Shown here: in pieces, positions 43,446 to 53,307 of the stretch
Layout: every line of letters starts with the position of its first letter
Numbering within the stretch: position 1 is the first letter of the stretch
Assembly: GCA_913048525.1 (NCBI GenBank)
Contig: CAJWWP010000002.1
Span: forward strand, 12,426-76,425
Length of the DNA stretch: 64,000 nt
From: an uncultured Chloroflexota bacterium
GTDB taxonomy: Bacteria; Chloroflexota; Dehalococcoidia; Lucifugimonadales; UBA826
Direction: 5' to 3'
The notes under the pieces: generated by a model
Database searches by the model: none
What the model was told of the DNA's origin: nothing
The model's input: the letters and a program-made list of their open reading frames with translations, nothing else
Made by a program: the position numbers and the translations under genes

Positions 43446-44683
43446 GCGATACCCTCTTCATATAGTGTTCCAAGTTCCTCAGGACTGACTCCTAGTAGAT
43501 CCATATATATCTCCGCGGAGTGTTCGCCAAGTAAAGGGGAAGCTTTATTCAGTTTCCACGGAGTTTCTGACATCGTCATTGGAATTGATTCAACTTTTGT
43601 ATTGCCAAGCTCTGCGTGTTCAACTTCAGCAATGAAACCTCTATGTTTGAGCTGAGGATCTACTTCGGCTCTTTCCATAGGTGTTTGGACCGCACCAGCC
43701 GGCACACCGGCCTCCTGCAGAATATCGAATACCTCGTGTGGGGTAAGGTTGATGGTCCATTGCGATATAAGTTCGTCTAAATTATTTTGGTTAGCAGATC
43801 GTGATTTCATGGTTGCGAATTGCCTGTCGCTTGCCCAGCCTGGATTTCCTAGAACGGCTACTAGACTGTCCCATTCAGAATCGTTTGTTACCGCTATGAC
43901 ACACCACCGATCCTCACCCTTGCAGGGATATGTGTTATGAGGGGCAATCTGACGGTCCGGCGCTCTGTTGCCAGGAGGCATTCCGTTTCTTCTGAACGGC
44001 CGATTATTGACCGTATAGTCGAGTATGGACGTACCGGTCAGACCGATACCAGCCTCGACTTGAGAAAGGTCGAGATGCTGACCTTCGCCTGTCTTATTGC
44101 GATGAAGGAGTGCCATCATAATGGCGATAGCCCCGTAAAAACCTCCTGTATGGTCCATATAGGAAAACCCCCATCCTGCTGATTCCTCACCTGGCAAACC
44201 AGACATGTAAGTTAGTCCAGAGAGAGCCTGAGCAGTTGGTCCCCATGTAACGAAATCGCGATCTCTTCCGCTATGCCCGAAGCCGGACATGCTGCAGTAT
44301 ATGATGCCGGGATTTAGTTTCTTTTGTTCCTCGTAGCCTAAACCCCATTTTTCCAAAACACGGGAACTGAAGTTCTCTACTATCACATCAGATTTTTCTA
44401 TTAGAGTTTTTAAGAGCTCCATACCCCGGGGATGCATTACGTTAAGAGTGAGGCTTCTTTTATTTCGGTTGAGTGTATTGAATAGCGGGCTGCGATTTGG
44501 AGAGTCTGCCCCACCGCTGGCGCGAATGTAATCCATGTTGGCATCATTTTCAATCTTTATAACGTCGGCCCCAAAATCTGCAAGTATTCTAGTGCATTGC
44601 GGGCCTGCTACGATCCAAGAGAAATCGATTACTCTCACACCCTCAAGAGCGCCTTCTCTTACTACTGATTTAGCTTCGGACAT
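43442..44683 (-). CDS. family III CoA-transferase (CaiB/BaiF)
   Basis: VAGP..LADFGADVIKIE, NRNKRS, ENF, SYMDHTGG (catalytic Asp); ATGA overlap with the next gene. Confidence 0.9.
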   Translation of the reverse strand: MSEAKSVVREGALEGVRVIDFSWIVAGPQCTRILADFGADVIKIENDANMDYIRASGGADSPNRSPLFNTLNRNKRSLTLNVMHPRGMELLKTLIEKSDVIVENFSSRVLEKWGLGYEEQKKLNPGIIYCSMSGFGHSGRDRDFVTWGPTAQALSGLTYMSGLPGEESAGWGFSYMDHTGGFYGAIAIMMALLHRNKTGEGQHLDLSQVEAGIGLTGTSILDYTVNNRPFRRNGMPPGNRAPDRQIAPHNTYPCKGEDRWCVIAVTNDSEWDSLVAVLGNPGWASDRQFATMKSRSANQNNLDELISQWTINLTPHEVFDILQEAGVPAGAVQTPMERAEVDPQLKHRGFIAEVEHAELGNTKVESIPMTMSETPWKLNKASPLLGEHSAEIYMDLLGVSPEELGTLYEEGIA

Positions 44684-44943
44684 GCCTAGCCTCTACTTAA
44701 GTGTTCGTAAATTGCTATCGGTTCTATCTCCCCGGTAACCTTTCCGAATAACTTGATGGTTGGTGCAAAAATATATTGGCGGCATTATATACAGTATGCA
44801 GATCTTAATGGGATTTCGATGGGTACGAGTTTGTGTGACTTTAAAAGATTTTACTGTTGTATAATTTCGGCTCCGTTGTTGTGTACATATGAAAGTTTCC
44901 TTAAACTGTCGTAAACCTAATGAAGTAGCGGGATTTTCTACAA

Positions 44944-45963
44944 ATGAGAATTAGTGAATTCGAGCTTACAGAGCCAGTACCAGAGATGAAGGACACTATA
45001 GCTGTCAGCATGCTTCGTCCTTGGATTGACGTTGGTAGGGTGGGGACCCTGTCCCTTAGGGCATTGCAAAGATATTTGGGGGCTAAGGAAATAGGGCGAT
45101 TGTCTAGACCTGGTAAGTTTTTTGACTTTACTCGGTACAGACCTCGTATGAGACTGGTGAATGGTAAACGGACTTTCACGAAACCCAACACTATCGCTCA
45201 CTATGCTCACGATGATTACACGGATCGAGACTATCTATTTATTCACGTGAGAGAACCCCATAATTTTGGCGAGGACTATACGGAAGCGATAGTTGAATTG
45301 TTGAAATTTTGTAATGTCACAGAGTATTGTCGGATCGGAGGTATGTACGACTCCGTTCCACATACTAGACCGTTATTAGTAACTGGATCAATGAAGGATG
45401 ATCAGGAACAAAAGGCAGCTGGGAAACTGAATCCCCGCAGAAGTACTTATCAGGGACCAACATCCATAGTTAATCAGGTAAATGAAGACTTGAGCGGGCT
45501 TGGTGTGGCAAACACAACTCTGATGGCTCACCTCCCTCAATATGTGCAGTTGGATGAAGATCATCTTGGTGCAGCCCGCCTGCTTGAGGTTTTATGCTCC
45601 GTATACGGGTTTCCATCCGAATTGGCTGATATGGCCCAGGGGGAACAACAGTACAAGGAGATAGATAAAGCTATCGATTACGGTGGCGAGGTTGGAACTT
45701 TGATAAAACAACTGGAGACGTATTACGATCGTGTGCTGTCCCGACCCGAGGAGAAAGCAGATTCTGCACTTCCTGGTTCATCATCTTCCAGTTCTTCCAA
45801 GTCAACGGAAGGTGAAGACATAAATCTTTCCCCAGATGTAGAAGATTTTCTTAACCAAATGGGAGAACGGTTTGAAAATAACGCCGGTGGGGGAGGTGCC
45901 CCTCCCGAAGACGTTGCCGATGAAAGTGATGGCTCCGACGAGTCAGGAGAAGAAGAAAACTAG
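44944..45963 (+). CDS. PAC2 family (proteasome assembly chaperone-like) protein
   Basis: PWIDVG, FFDFTRYRP, VPHTRP, YQGPTSI, HLPQY, LETYYD; acidic tail. Confidence 0.82.
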   Translation: MRISEFELTEPVPEMKDTIAVSMLRPWIDVGRVGTLSLRALQRYLGAKEIGRLSRPGKFFDFTRYRPRMRLVNGKRTFTKPNTIAHYAHDDYTDRDYLFIHVREPHNFGEDYTEAIVELLKFCNVTEYCRIGGMYDSVPHTRPLLVTGSMKDDQEQKAAGKLNPRRSTYQGPTSIVNQVNEDLSGLGVANTTLMAHLPQYVQLDEDHLGAARLLEVLCSVYGFPSELADMAQGEQQYKEIDKAIDYGGEVGTLIKQLETYYDRVLSRPEEKADSALPGSSSSSSSKSTEGEDINLSPDVEDFLNQMGERFENNAGGGGAPPEDVADESDGSDESGEEEN

Positions 45964-45980
45964 GTCCAACCTTCCCCTTT

Positions 45981-46325
45981 CTATGATTTTCTCAAAAGTA
46001 CATGTCTTCTGTTAAATGTGTGTTCGCGGACTTCTGTTGCCCATCTTCCTTTATCCACAGCTTCCGACCATCCAGTTGATGTCAATATTTCCGGACTTTC
46101 AATCTCGTAAACGGCTGTATGTTTTGGTTGATCCTGTATAACTATTTCCCTTTCTTCTCCACCTATCACCATCCTCAGTGGCTGTGATGTGAAACGAGCT
46201 ATAGATATCACTCCCGGTACCTCAGATAAATACGGGATGTGTTCCTCATCATAGACTTCGTTAAATAGTTGCTCCTTGTCGGTTGGTATGTCCATTGCTG
46301 CAGTAAAAAAATATTTGGAAGCCAC
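45981..46325 (-). CDS. EthD-like dimeric alpha-beta barrel protein
   Basis: FNEVYDEEHIP.L..VPGV...RF; GGAGG SD before GTG. Confidence 0.7.
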   Translation of the reverse strand: MASKYFFTAAMDIPTDKEQLFNEVYDEEHIPYLSEVPGVISIARFTSQPLRMVIGGEEREIVIQDQPKHTAVYEIESPEILTSTGWSEAVDKGRWATEVREHTFNRRHVLLRKS

Positions 46326-46357
46326 GGTTTATCCTCCTAATTGGAAAGCTGATTTTC

Positions 46358-47278
46358 TTAGCTTGAAAACTTGAATCCTACTTCAAGATTTTTTGACTCA
46401 ACGAATTCGCTTGCCATGATCTTTCGATCACGATTTATCTGTACCCGACCTATATCTATAGTTCCACCTTGCAGTGCAATACTGAATGTATCTGAGTTTA
46501 TACTCGTCACAGTACCTGGCTTTTCAGTTGGACCGTCAGACGATAATTTGGCGTTGAAAAATGCAAGTTTGTCGTCACCAAAATTTGTGTTCGCACCTGG
46601 ACTGGGATCACTACCCCTGATTAAGTTGTAAATTGCAGCCGCCGGTTTGTTCCAATCAATAATCGTATCATCTGAGCGACACCAGCCTTCGTAGGTTGAT
46701 TTTGAGTGATCCTGGGCTATTTTTGGAGCTTCTCCATTTTTCACCAATCCTACTGCCTCCACCATAGCTTTTACTCCCATCGGGTACAGCCTGTCGAAAT
46801 AAACTGACCCGAGTGTGTCGTCTGGACTTATAGGTGTTTCTTTCTGAAGTAGTATTGGACCTGTATCAAGACCTTCATCGGGCCAAAAAATAGATAGCCC
46901 TGTCTTAGTTTTACCTTGGATAATGGGCCAGTTTATGGAACTGGGTCCCCTGTGTTCCGGTAAAAGAGATGGGTGGTATTGAATTGTTCCATTTGTGGGG
47001 TTTTCCAATATCTCCATTGGAACTATGTCAGTGACGAACGCCATAACACAAAGATCAATGTTCAGCGACGAAAACTCTGTTATAGCTTGCTCATCTCTCA
47101 TGCGCCTATATTGGTAAACTTGGATATCATGTTCAACTGCAGATTCCTTTATTGGGTCAAAAGGGCGGTCCTTTCTATCGGGAGGACACAAAACGGCCGC
47201 TATGTCTTCTCCTTTTTCAACTAACGCCTCCAGCACATCTTTTCCAAAAGCCGCCTGGCCAATTACTGCTATCCGCAT
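46358..47278 (-). CDS. formyltransferase family protein (Fmt-like; resembles the ALDH1L1 N-terminal hydrolase domain)
   Basis: MRIAVIGQAAFG, QYHPSLLPEHRGPSSINW, IFWPDEGLDTG, NLIRGSDPSPGA. Confidence 0.82.
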   Translation of the reverse strand: MRIAVIGQAAFGKDVLEALVEKGEDIAAVLCPPDRKDRPFDPIKESAVEHDIQVYQYRRMRDEQAITEFSSLNIDLCVMAFVTDIVPMEILENPTNGTIQYHPSLLPEHRGPSSINWPIIQGKTKTGLSIFWPDEGLDTGPILLQKETPISPDDTLGSVYFDRLYPMGVKAMVEAVGLVKNGEAPKIAQDHSKSTYEGWCRSDDTIIDWNKPAAAIYNLIRGSDPSPGANTNFGDDKLAFFNAKLSSDGPTEKPGTVTSINSDTFSIALQGGTIDIGRVQINRDRKIMASEFVESKNLEVGFKFSS

Positions 47279-47498
47279 TAAACGCCTCCTATGAGCCTGT
47301 AAGGGATGTGAAAGCATTTATAACACAGTCGGCCAACAGTGAAATATGGTTTAACCTAAAATTGGAGCAATTTTTGGATTGGTGAGATATATTCAACCTT
47401 GCTGTCGACTCGTCGTGATTGACCACATCTTATCTACTTTCATACCATAGTGTAGTCACATCTGGATTATTCGGTAAAAACGCATCAGGAGTTCAATT

Positions 47499-48749
47499 TT
47501 GTCGTCAGAAGAAACTGATTTTATTTCCCCATTGGCCGGATTAAGGGTGTTGGGAGTCACTGTTTATCTTGCTGGACCGTTTACTCTCGTTAATCTTGCT
47601 AGACTAGGGGCTGAGGCTATAAAAGTTGAGGTTCCTGGATATGGTGATCCGACACGTGGGAATGGACCGTTTGCAGATCCTGATGGATATTCAGCCACCA
47701 AAGAGACAGACTCACAGCTATCCACGCGGTTTCTTAAGCGTTCCCAAGGTGTTAAGAGTGTTACTCTAAATTTGAAACATCCCGAGGGAAGGCAGATGTT
47801 TTTGGATATGGCCGCTAAATCTGATGTGGTTGTCGAAAATCTCTCTCCCGGTGCTATGCGTAGACTAGGTCTTGGCTTTGAAGATGTGCGTAAAGTTAAT
47901 CCAAAAATCATATACGCTTCTATTTCTGGCTATGGTCAGACAGGCCCACATTCCCACAGAAAGGCACACGATCCAGAGATACAGGGCATGAGTGGAATTA
48001 TGGACATAAACGGAGATCCAGATGGCCCTCCCATGAGGATAGGATTCTACATTGCTGATCTTGTTACACCAATATTTACCTGTTATTCCATACTAGCTGC
48101 AATAAGAAACCGTGATATCACTGGAAAAGGTCAGTACTTAGACGTTTCTATGATGGATACCCTAACTTCACTTATGTTTGTCGAGAACATTGAGGAGGCT
48201 TTGTATGCTGGAGAGCCTTTGAGAATGGGAAACGGGATAAGAGGGGGCCCAATGGGCCTGTATCACACGAAAGATAGTGACATTATTATCACAGTTGCTA
48301 GTGATGATCAGTGGGAGCGTTTGGCTAAAGCCATCGATGCCCCACACTTGATTGAAGATCCCCGATTCGCCCGATTCCTGGACCGAGGTAAAAACCTTGA
48401 CGCTGCCCGGTCAGCTGTTCAAGAGATATTGATGAGATTTACTAAGCAGGAAGCATTAGCTCTCTTGGACAAAAATGACGTGCCATGTAGTGATGTTAGA
48501 TCCGTATCTCAAATTATTGACGATCAACATTTTTGGGATAGAGGCACTCTTAGAGCCATGCGCAGTCAGGCGTTCGATGAGGACCTTCCTGGTATAGTTT
48601 CCGGATTTCCGGTGGCATTTTCTGGTGGTAAATTGCCTCAGGAATCGGGTGCCCCTTTACTGGGCCAACAGAACACAGATATTTATGGGGATCTTCTGGG
48701 AATGGACGAGTCCTACCTGAGTAAACTTGAGTCTGATGGTGTCATATAG
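47499..48749 (+). CDS. family III CoA-transferase
   Basis: LAGP..LARLGAEAIKVE, SDVVVEN, SGYGQTGP, YIADL (catalytic Asp), APLLGQ. Confidence 0.88.
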   Translation: MSSEETDFISPLAGLRVLGVTVYLAGPFTLVNLARLGAEAIKVEVPGYGDPTRGNGPFADPDGYSATKETDSQLSTRFLKRSQGVKSVTLNLKHPEGRQMFLDMAAKSDVVVENLSPGAMRRLGLGFEDVRKVNPKIIYASISGYGQTGPHSHRKAHDPEIQGMSGIMDINGDPDGPPMRIGFYIADLVTPIFTCYSILAAIRNRDITGKGQYLDVSMMDTLTSLMFVENIEEALYAGEPLRMGNGIRGGPMGLYHTKDSDIIITVASDDQWERLAKAIDAPHLIEDPRFARFLDRGKNLDAARSAVQEILMRFTKQEALALLDKNDVPCSDVRSVSQIIDDQHFWDRGTLRAMRSQAFDEDLPGIVSGFPVAFSGGKLPQESGAPLLGQQNTDIYGDLLGMDESYLSKLESDGVI

Positions 48750-48789
48750 GAATTCCGGACAGAGCTAATTTGCTACTTCATGAGGTAAT

Positions 48790-49692
48790 TTGGTGAGAGA
48801 TTTAGCGAAACCACTTCGTACTCTTTTGTACGTTCCAGGTAATAAGGAAGAATGGATTCTAAAAGCTCCGAAATATGGGTCTGATGCACTGATATTAGAC
48901 CTTGAAGATTCAGTGCCACCAACTGAAAAATCATTAGCTAGAGAGATAGTATCTAGGCTTGTGCCAATTTTGGCTCAACAAAATATAACAGTGTTTATCA
49001 GGGTGAATGATCTATCTACGGGACTTACTGGAGAGGATATTTCACACTCTGTTGTGGATGGGTTATATGGGATAACTCTTCCAATGGTCAAAGGTCCGAA
49101 TGACATTGAGTCCCTTGATGCTTTGCTAGAGGCGGAAGAGAGAAAAAAAGGCATTCCCGTTGGGACTGTTCTTATAGATCCAGGCCTCGAGACTGCAAGT
49201 GGTATACGTTCCGCATACGATATAGCGGTCTCTTCTAACAGAGTGGCTCATATGGGGGCGAGTGGCGGAAGAGGGGGAGATGTAGCGCGATCGATTGGTT
49301 ACCGTTGGTCTCCCAAGGGAACTGAGACTTTGTTCATCAGGTCTAAAGTATTGCTTGACTCCCGGGCTGCTGGGGTGCCTTATCCCGTGACAGGACTTTG
49401 GCAGGACATTCATGATCATGACGGGCTGAAGTCATTTGCGAAACACTCTAGAGATTTGGGTTACGCGGGTATGAGTGTGATACATCCGTCCCATATTGAA
49501 ATAGTGAATCAGATTTTTTCTCCCACCCAGGAAGAAATTTCAGAGTGGGTGGGCATTATTGAAGCGATGGATGGCGTTAGAAAGAGGGGGGGCGCTGCTG
49601 TTGAATATAATGGGGCCATGGTCGATATAGCACATGAGAAAACTGCCAGAGATATGCTTGATTTCGCAAAAGCTTTGGGATTGGTGTACTGA
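48790..49692 (+). CDS. CitE-like C-C lyase (citryl/malyl/citramalyl-CoA lyase family)
   Basis: RTLLYVPG, DALILDLEDSV, RVN, LETASG, IHPSHI, GAMVD. Confidence 0.85.
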   Translation: MVRDLAKPLRTLLYVPGNKEEWILKAPKYGSDALILDLEDSVPPTEKSLAREIVSRLVPILAQQNITVFIRVNDLSTGLTGEDISHSVVDGLYGITLPMVKGPNDIESLDALLEAEERKKGIPVGTVLIDPGLETASGIRSAYDIAVSSNRVAHMGASGGRGGDVARSIGYRWSPKGTETLFIRSKVLLDSRAAGVPYPVTGLWQDIHDHDGLKSFAKHSRDLGYAGMSVIHPSHIEIVNQIFSPTQEEISEWVGIIEAMDGVRKRGGAAVEYNGAMVDIAHEKTARDMLDFAKALGLVY

Positions 49693-49710
49693 TCATCTTA
49701 TGATCCTTTG

Positions 49711-50223
49711 TTATTTAAGTAGCAAAGATATCTCTGAAACAGAACTTTCAATCATAGATACTAAATCTTCTCCCGCTGAGCCATCTTCATTCCAGTGATC
49801 AGACCAAGTGTAGATACTATTTGCTAGTACTAAGCCGCCTAGACTCCTGACCATAGGAACCATTCCATACTCGATGCTCAATGAATGATGTGGAGATCCT
49901 CCTGTTTGCACGGGCAATACATATGATCCCAAAAGACTCTCAGGAGGCATAAGATCGAAGAACACCTTCAACAGGCCCGTATAGGTTGCCCTATACGTCG
50001 GTGAGGCGGGGATGATTAGATCTGCTTCAGTGGTTTTGTCCAAGGCTTGACGTAGTGCGGGGCCTTCGGAACGAAGTAAAAGGTTGTCGGCTGGTACTTC
50101 AGATAGATCGACTACTGTGGATGTCCAGTGATCAGGACTGAGTCTATCAAGAATCAAGCTCACAATTTTCTCAGAAGAAGACCCTGAAAATGGACTACCT
50201 AGTATGGCGGTGGCGCTACGCAT
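49711..50223 (-). CDS. NAD(P)H-dependent FMN reductase (SsuE-like)
   Basis: GSP..SS, ASPTYRATYTGLLKVFFD, TGGSPHH; overlaps the upstream LLM stop. Confidence 0.87.
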   Translation of the reverse strand: MRSATAILGSPFSGSSSEKIVSLILDRLSPDHWTSTVVDLSEVPADNLLLRSEGPALRQALDKTTEADLIIPASPTYRATYTGLLKVFFDLMPPESLLGSYVLPVQTGGSPHHSLSIEYGMVPMVRSLGGLVLANSIYTWSDHWNEDGSAGEDLVSMIESSVSEISLLLK

Positions 50224-51337
50224 GGGCAGTAACTATGTTTGATTTAAGGTATCTTTTGACTTCATCCTTAAGTAAAGGAATAAGTTCTTTTCCCCAATAT
50301 AGGGTGTCGTTGTAAGGATCAAAACCCCGTATCAATAAGGTTGTGCATCCAAGTTTGTAATATTTCATCAAAGAGTCGACTACCTGTTCAGCTGTACCTA
50401 CTAGGGCAGTTGTATTTCCTGCTCCCCCCGCCGCCGCCGCTATAGGCATATAAAGACGATCATCAAGTACGTCACCCTTGGTGGCGAAGTCTACTAGCCT
50501 CTGGGAGCCAACGGATTCGAGTCTCTCGTCGGCAGTACCGTGCATCGATCTCTGTCCAGAATTCAAAACCGATTCCAAAGTGTGATATGCCTTATCCCAG
50601 GCTTCCGATTCTGTTTCAGCAACAATAGGTCTGGTTGAGATAGAAAACCTGACAGACCTTGGATCTCTTCCTGTCGCTTTGACTCTTTTCCTGAAATCAA
50701 CGATCTTTTTCTTTACCTCTTTGCGGGGTTCTCCCCATAGGGCATATACATCGCATGACTCTGCTCCCACATTTAGGGCGGCCTCCGAGGCTCCGCCGAA
50801 GTAGATTGGTATGTGAGGAGTTTGAAAACATTGGAAGTCACTTTTCGCGTTTTCAAATCTGTAGAAATGACCGCTATGTGTCACAGGGCTTGGCTGGGTC
50901 CATAAATCCTTGAGTATTTTGATGAATTCGCCCGAACGCCGGTATCTGCTATCATGATCCTCGTAGTCTCCGTCTCTCCGTTGTTCTGTTTCCCCACCAC
51001 CGCTAATAATGTGCAATGCGATACGTCCTTGAGTTAACTGATCGAAGGTTGCGGCCTTTCTTGCAAGGATGGTCGGACTCACGAATCCAGGTCTGTGTGC
51101 GATTAAGTACCCCAAAGTTTTTGTGTGTGCGGCCGCATGCATCGCGACAATGAAACCATCAGCAGAAGATGAGGTATACCCGACCAGCACCTTGTCAAAA
51201 CCACTTTTTTCGTGTGCTTGAGAAAATTCTGCGATGTAGTTCCCGTCAATGCCACCCCCTATGACGTGAACTTCAGCACCCTTCTTTCCCGTTCCCTCTC
51301 GCTTGGCCCCTATCATTCCAATTACTTCTAAAGACAT
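50216..51337 (-). CDS. LLM monooxygenase, SsuD-like
   Basis: GFDKVLVG, LIAHRPGFVSP, RRDGD, YFGGASEAA, WGEP, TALVGT; ATG at 51337. Confidence 0.87.
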   Translation of the reverse strand: MSLEVIGMIGAKREGTGKKGAEVHVIGGGIDGNYIAEFSQAHEKSGFDKVLVGYTSSSADGFIVAMHAAAHTKTLGYLIAHRPGFVSPTILARKAATFDQLTQGRIALHIISGGGETEQRRDGDYEDHDSRYRRSGEFIKILKDLWTQPSPVTHSGHFYRFENAKSDFQCFQTPHIPIYFGGASEAALNVGAESCDVYALWGEPRKEVKKKIVDFRKRVKATGRDPRSVRFSISTRPIVAETESEAWDKAYHTLESVLNSGQRSMHGTADERLESVGSQRLVDFATKGDVLDDRLYMPIAAAAGGAGNTTALVGTAEQVVDSLMKYYKLGCTTLLIRGFDPYNDTLYWGKELIPLLKDEVKRYLKSNIVTAHA

Positions 51338-51578
51338 TTCTGTTCTCGAAATCCTAAACACTATTTGTTGGTTTGAGTAGTTTTGTAGATTTTACACTTA
51401 TTGCTACAAGTGGAGTGAGTGGTGTTTTTAGGTAGTTGATTCGACTATCTCAGTAACTCATGAATCTCCGTATCTACCCTCTATTCAGATCCCCTAGTTT
51501 AAAGACTTCGCAACCTGCGACCTTGTTCCTTCACTGGGATGAACTGCTCAGGGGTTTCACCAAATGGCAGTTTAGGAT

Positions 51579-52730
51579 TCACACGTTTTCTGCTTGTTTT
51601 GAGTAGTAGGGCATTACCTCATTGGAAAATAAACTAATTGATTTCATAGCCGTGTCGTGATCTAAATCTCCCCATTGAAAAGAGCACATAAAATAGTTGG
51701 CACCTGTAGATACATATTCATCCATGTATCTCATTACTGATTCTGGTGAACCTGCCAGAGCCACACCACCTAGCCTAGTAGGGTCTTCTCTTGTGGATTG
51801 TTTATCAAATCGTTCTATTTCTGCCTCAATATCCCTTCGTGTTTCTCTATCGGGCAAATCTACCGGTCTGTCTCCGACGAACCCGAATGAACCGTCTGTA
51901 CTCGACTGAAACTGTGTTAACCCTCTGCGTTCTGCCTCAATTCGTCTAGGCGCGGCAAGGTTCCATCTATACTTTTCCCAGGCAGGCTTCGCTATTTGGA
52001 TTGCTTCTTCATCAGTCTCGGCCACAACCATATGGACCACCAGGCCGATTTTTGGTTCGGTTCCTTGAACAGTCGGCGTGTTCTTCCCATGAGTAGCTTC
52101 CCATACTCGTTTGAACCGTATTGTCTCTGTACGTAAGCTGTCCAAAGTACCTACGACCACGGTATTCATACCTTCTAATGCCGCAGTCTCAGCATTGCGC
52201 ATATACCACATTGGTGGGTAGGGCCTTTGTACTGGTCCGAGGCGCATTGGGAGTTCGTCAAACCGATGGAATTGACCTTCATAGGAAAGTGAGTTCGTAT
52301 CTAATCCCTGTTTTACGATGTCTAAAGTCTCCTTGTAACGGAGATAGTTTGTCTCTGAATCCGCTTCCTGTCCCCAGAAGAATGCTTCCATCACTCCGCC
52401 TCTTCCGATGCCGATCTCGAGTCTCCCTTTGCTCAAGTGATCTAGCATGCTTATCTCTTCTATTAGGCGTAAAGGGTGATGTAACGGGAGAACATAAACA
52501 CAAGGAGCTAATTTGAGTTGCGAAGTTCTTTGCGATGCAGCTGCTAGGAAAACATTTTGGGAGGGAGCGAGACTATGTACTGCCGGAGTGTGGTGTTCAG
52601 CCAGGTGATAAGCGTAAAAACCTTTGTTGTCGAACTTTTCAATTTGCTGCATTCGCAGGTTGTATACCTCATGTAGAGGCATTTCATCTACAGGTTCGAT
52701 ATGGTCGAACACACCAAATTTGATTGCCAT
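51579..52730 (-). CDS. LLM monooxygenase (LuxA-like)
   Basis: LAEHH, PLHHPLRLIEEISMLDHLSKGRLEIGIGRG, PVQRPYPP, LAGSPE. Confidence 0.88.
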   Translation of the reverse strand: MAIKFGVFDHIEPVDEMPLHEVYNLRMQQIEKFDNKGFYAYHLAEHHTPAVHSLAPSQNVFLAAASQRTSQLKLAPCVYVLPLHHPLRLIEEISMLDHLSKGRLEIGIGRGGVMEAFFWGQEADSETNYLRYKETLDIVKQGLDTNSLSYEGQFHRFDELPMRLGPVQRPYPPMWYMRNAETAALEGMNTVVVGTLDSLRTETIRFKRVWEATHGKNTPTVQGTEPKIGLVVHMVVAETDEEAIQIAKPAWEKYRWNLAAPRRIEAERRGLTQFQSSTDGSFGFVGDRPVDLPDRETRRDIEAEIERFDKQSTREDPTRLGGVALAGSPESVMRYMDEYVSTGANYFMCSFQWGDLDHDTAMKSISLFSNEVMPYYSKQAENV

Positions 52731-52875
52731 ATTTTAAATGAACCTTTCACTGGTGGTAATCTTTGAGGGGCAGTTCCATATATTACACCTGAGTTTAAAT
52801 GAGCTTTCAGGTGGAGGAACTTGAAATTCACGTTATACTTGGGTTACAGACAGCAAAACAATATTCTCCGGAGAT

Positions 52876-53286
52876 ATGTTAATGGCTCAAGAAGAAAATA
52901 TTGATCCAAAAAAAGATGAGCAGTATCGGGACAAGCTAACTCCAATGCAGTACGAAGTTACTCGTAATAAGGCAACGGAACGTGCCTTTACCGGTAAATA
53001 TTGGAATACCTTTGACGATGGTAAATATTTGTGTGTTTGCTGTGGTGCTGAATTATTCTCTTCGGACTCGAAATTTGATTCAATGTGTGGATGGCCAAGT
53101 TTTTACGCCCCCATTGTTGAAGAACAGATCGAGGAAGAAACAGACAGTTCCCTCGGCATGGTACGTACAGAGGTTATATGTCAGTCTTGTGGGGCTCACT
53201 TGGGACATGTTTTCCCTGACGGACCCAATCCAACCGGACTCCGCTATTGCATAAATTCCGCTTCCATTGATTTGAAGCCAGATTAA
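52876..53286 (+). CDS. msrB: peptide-methionine (R)-S-oxide reductase, Cys form
   Basis: [28 protein letters not shown]. Confidence 0.95.
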   Translation: MLMAQEENIDPKKDEQYRDKLTPMQYEVTRNKATERAFTGKYWNTFDDGKYLCVCCGAELFSSDSKFDSMCGWPSFYAPIVEEQIEEETDSSLGMVRTEVICQSCGAHLGHVFPDGPNPTGLRYCINSASIDLKPD

Positions 53287-53307
53287 AAAGGTATGTTCTG
53301 GATGATA

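Noticed and set aside
52876-53286. MsrB as a selenoprotein
   Set aside because: The catalytic residue is encoded by TGC (RYCINS).
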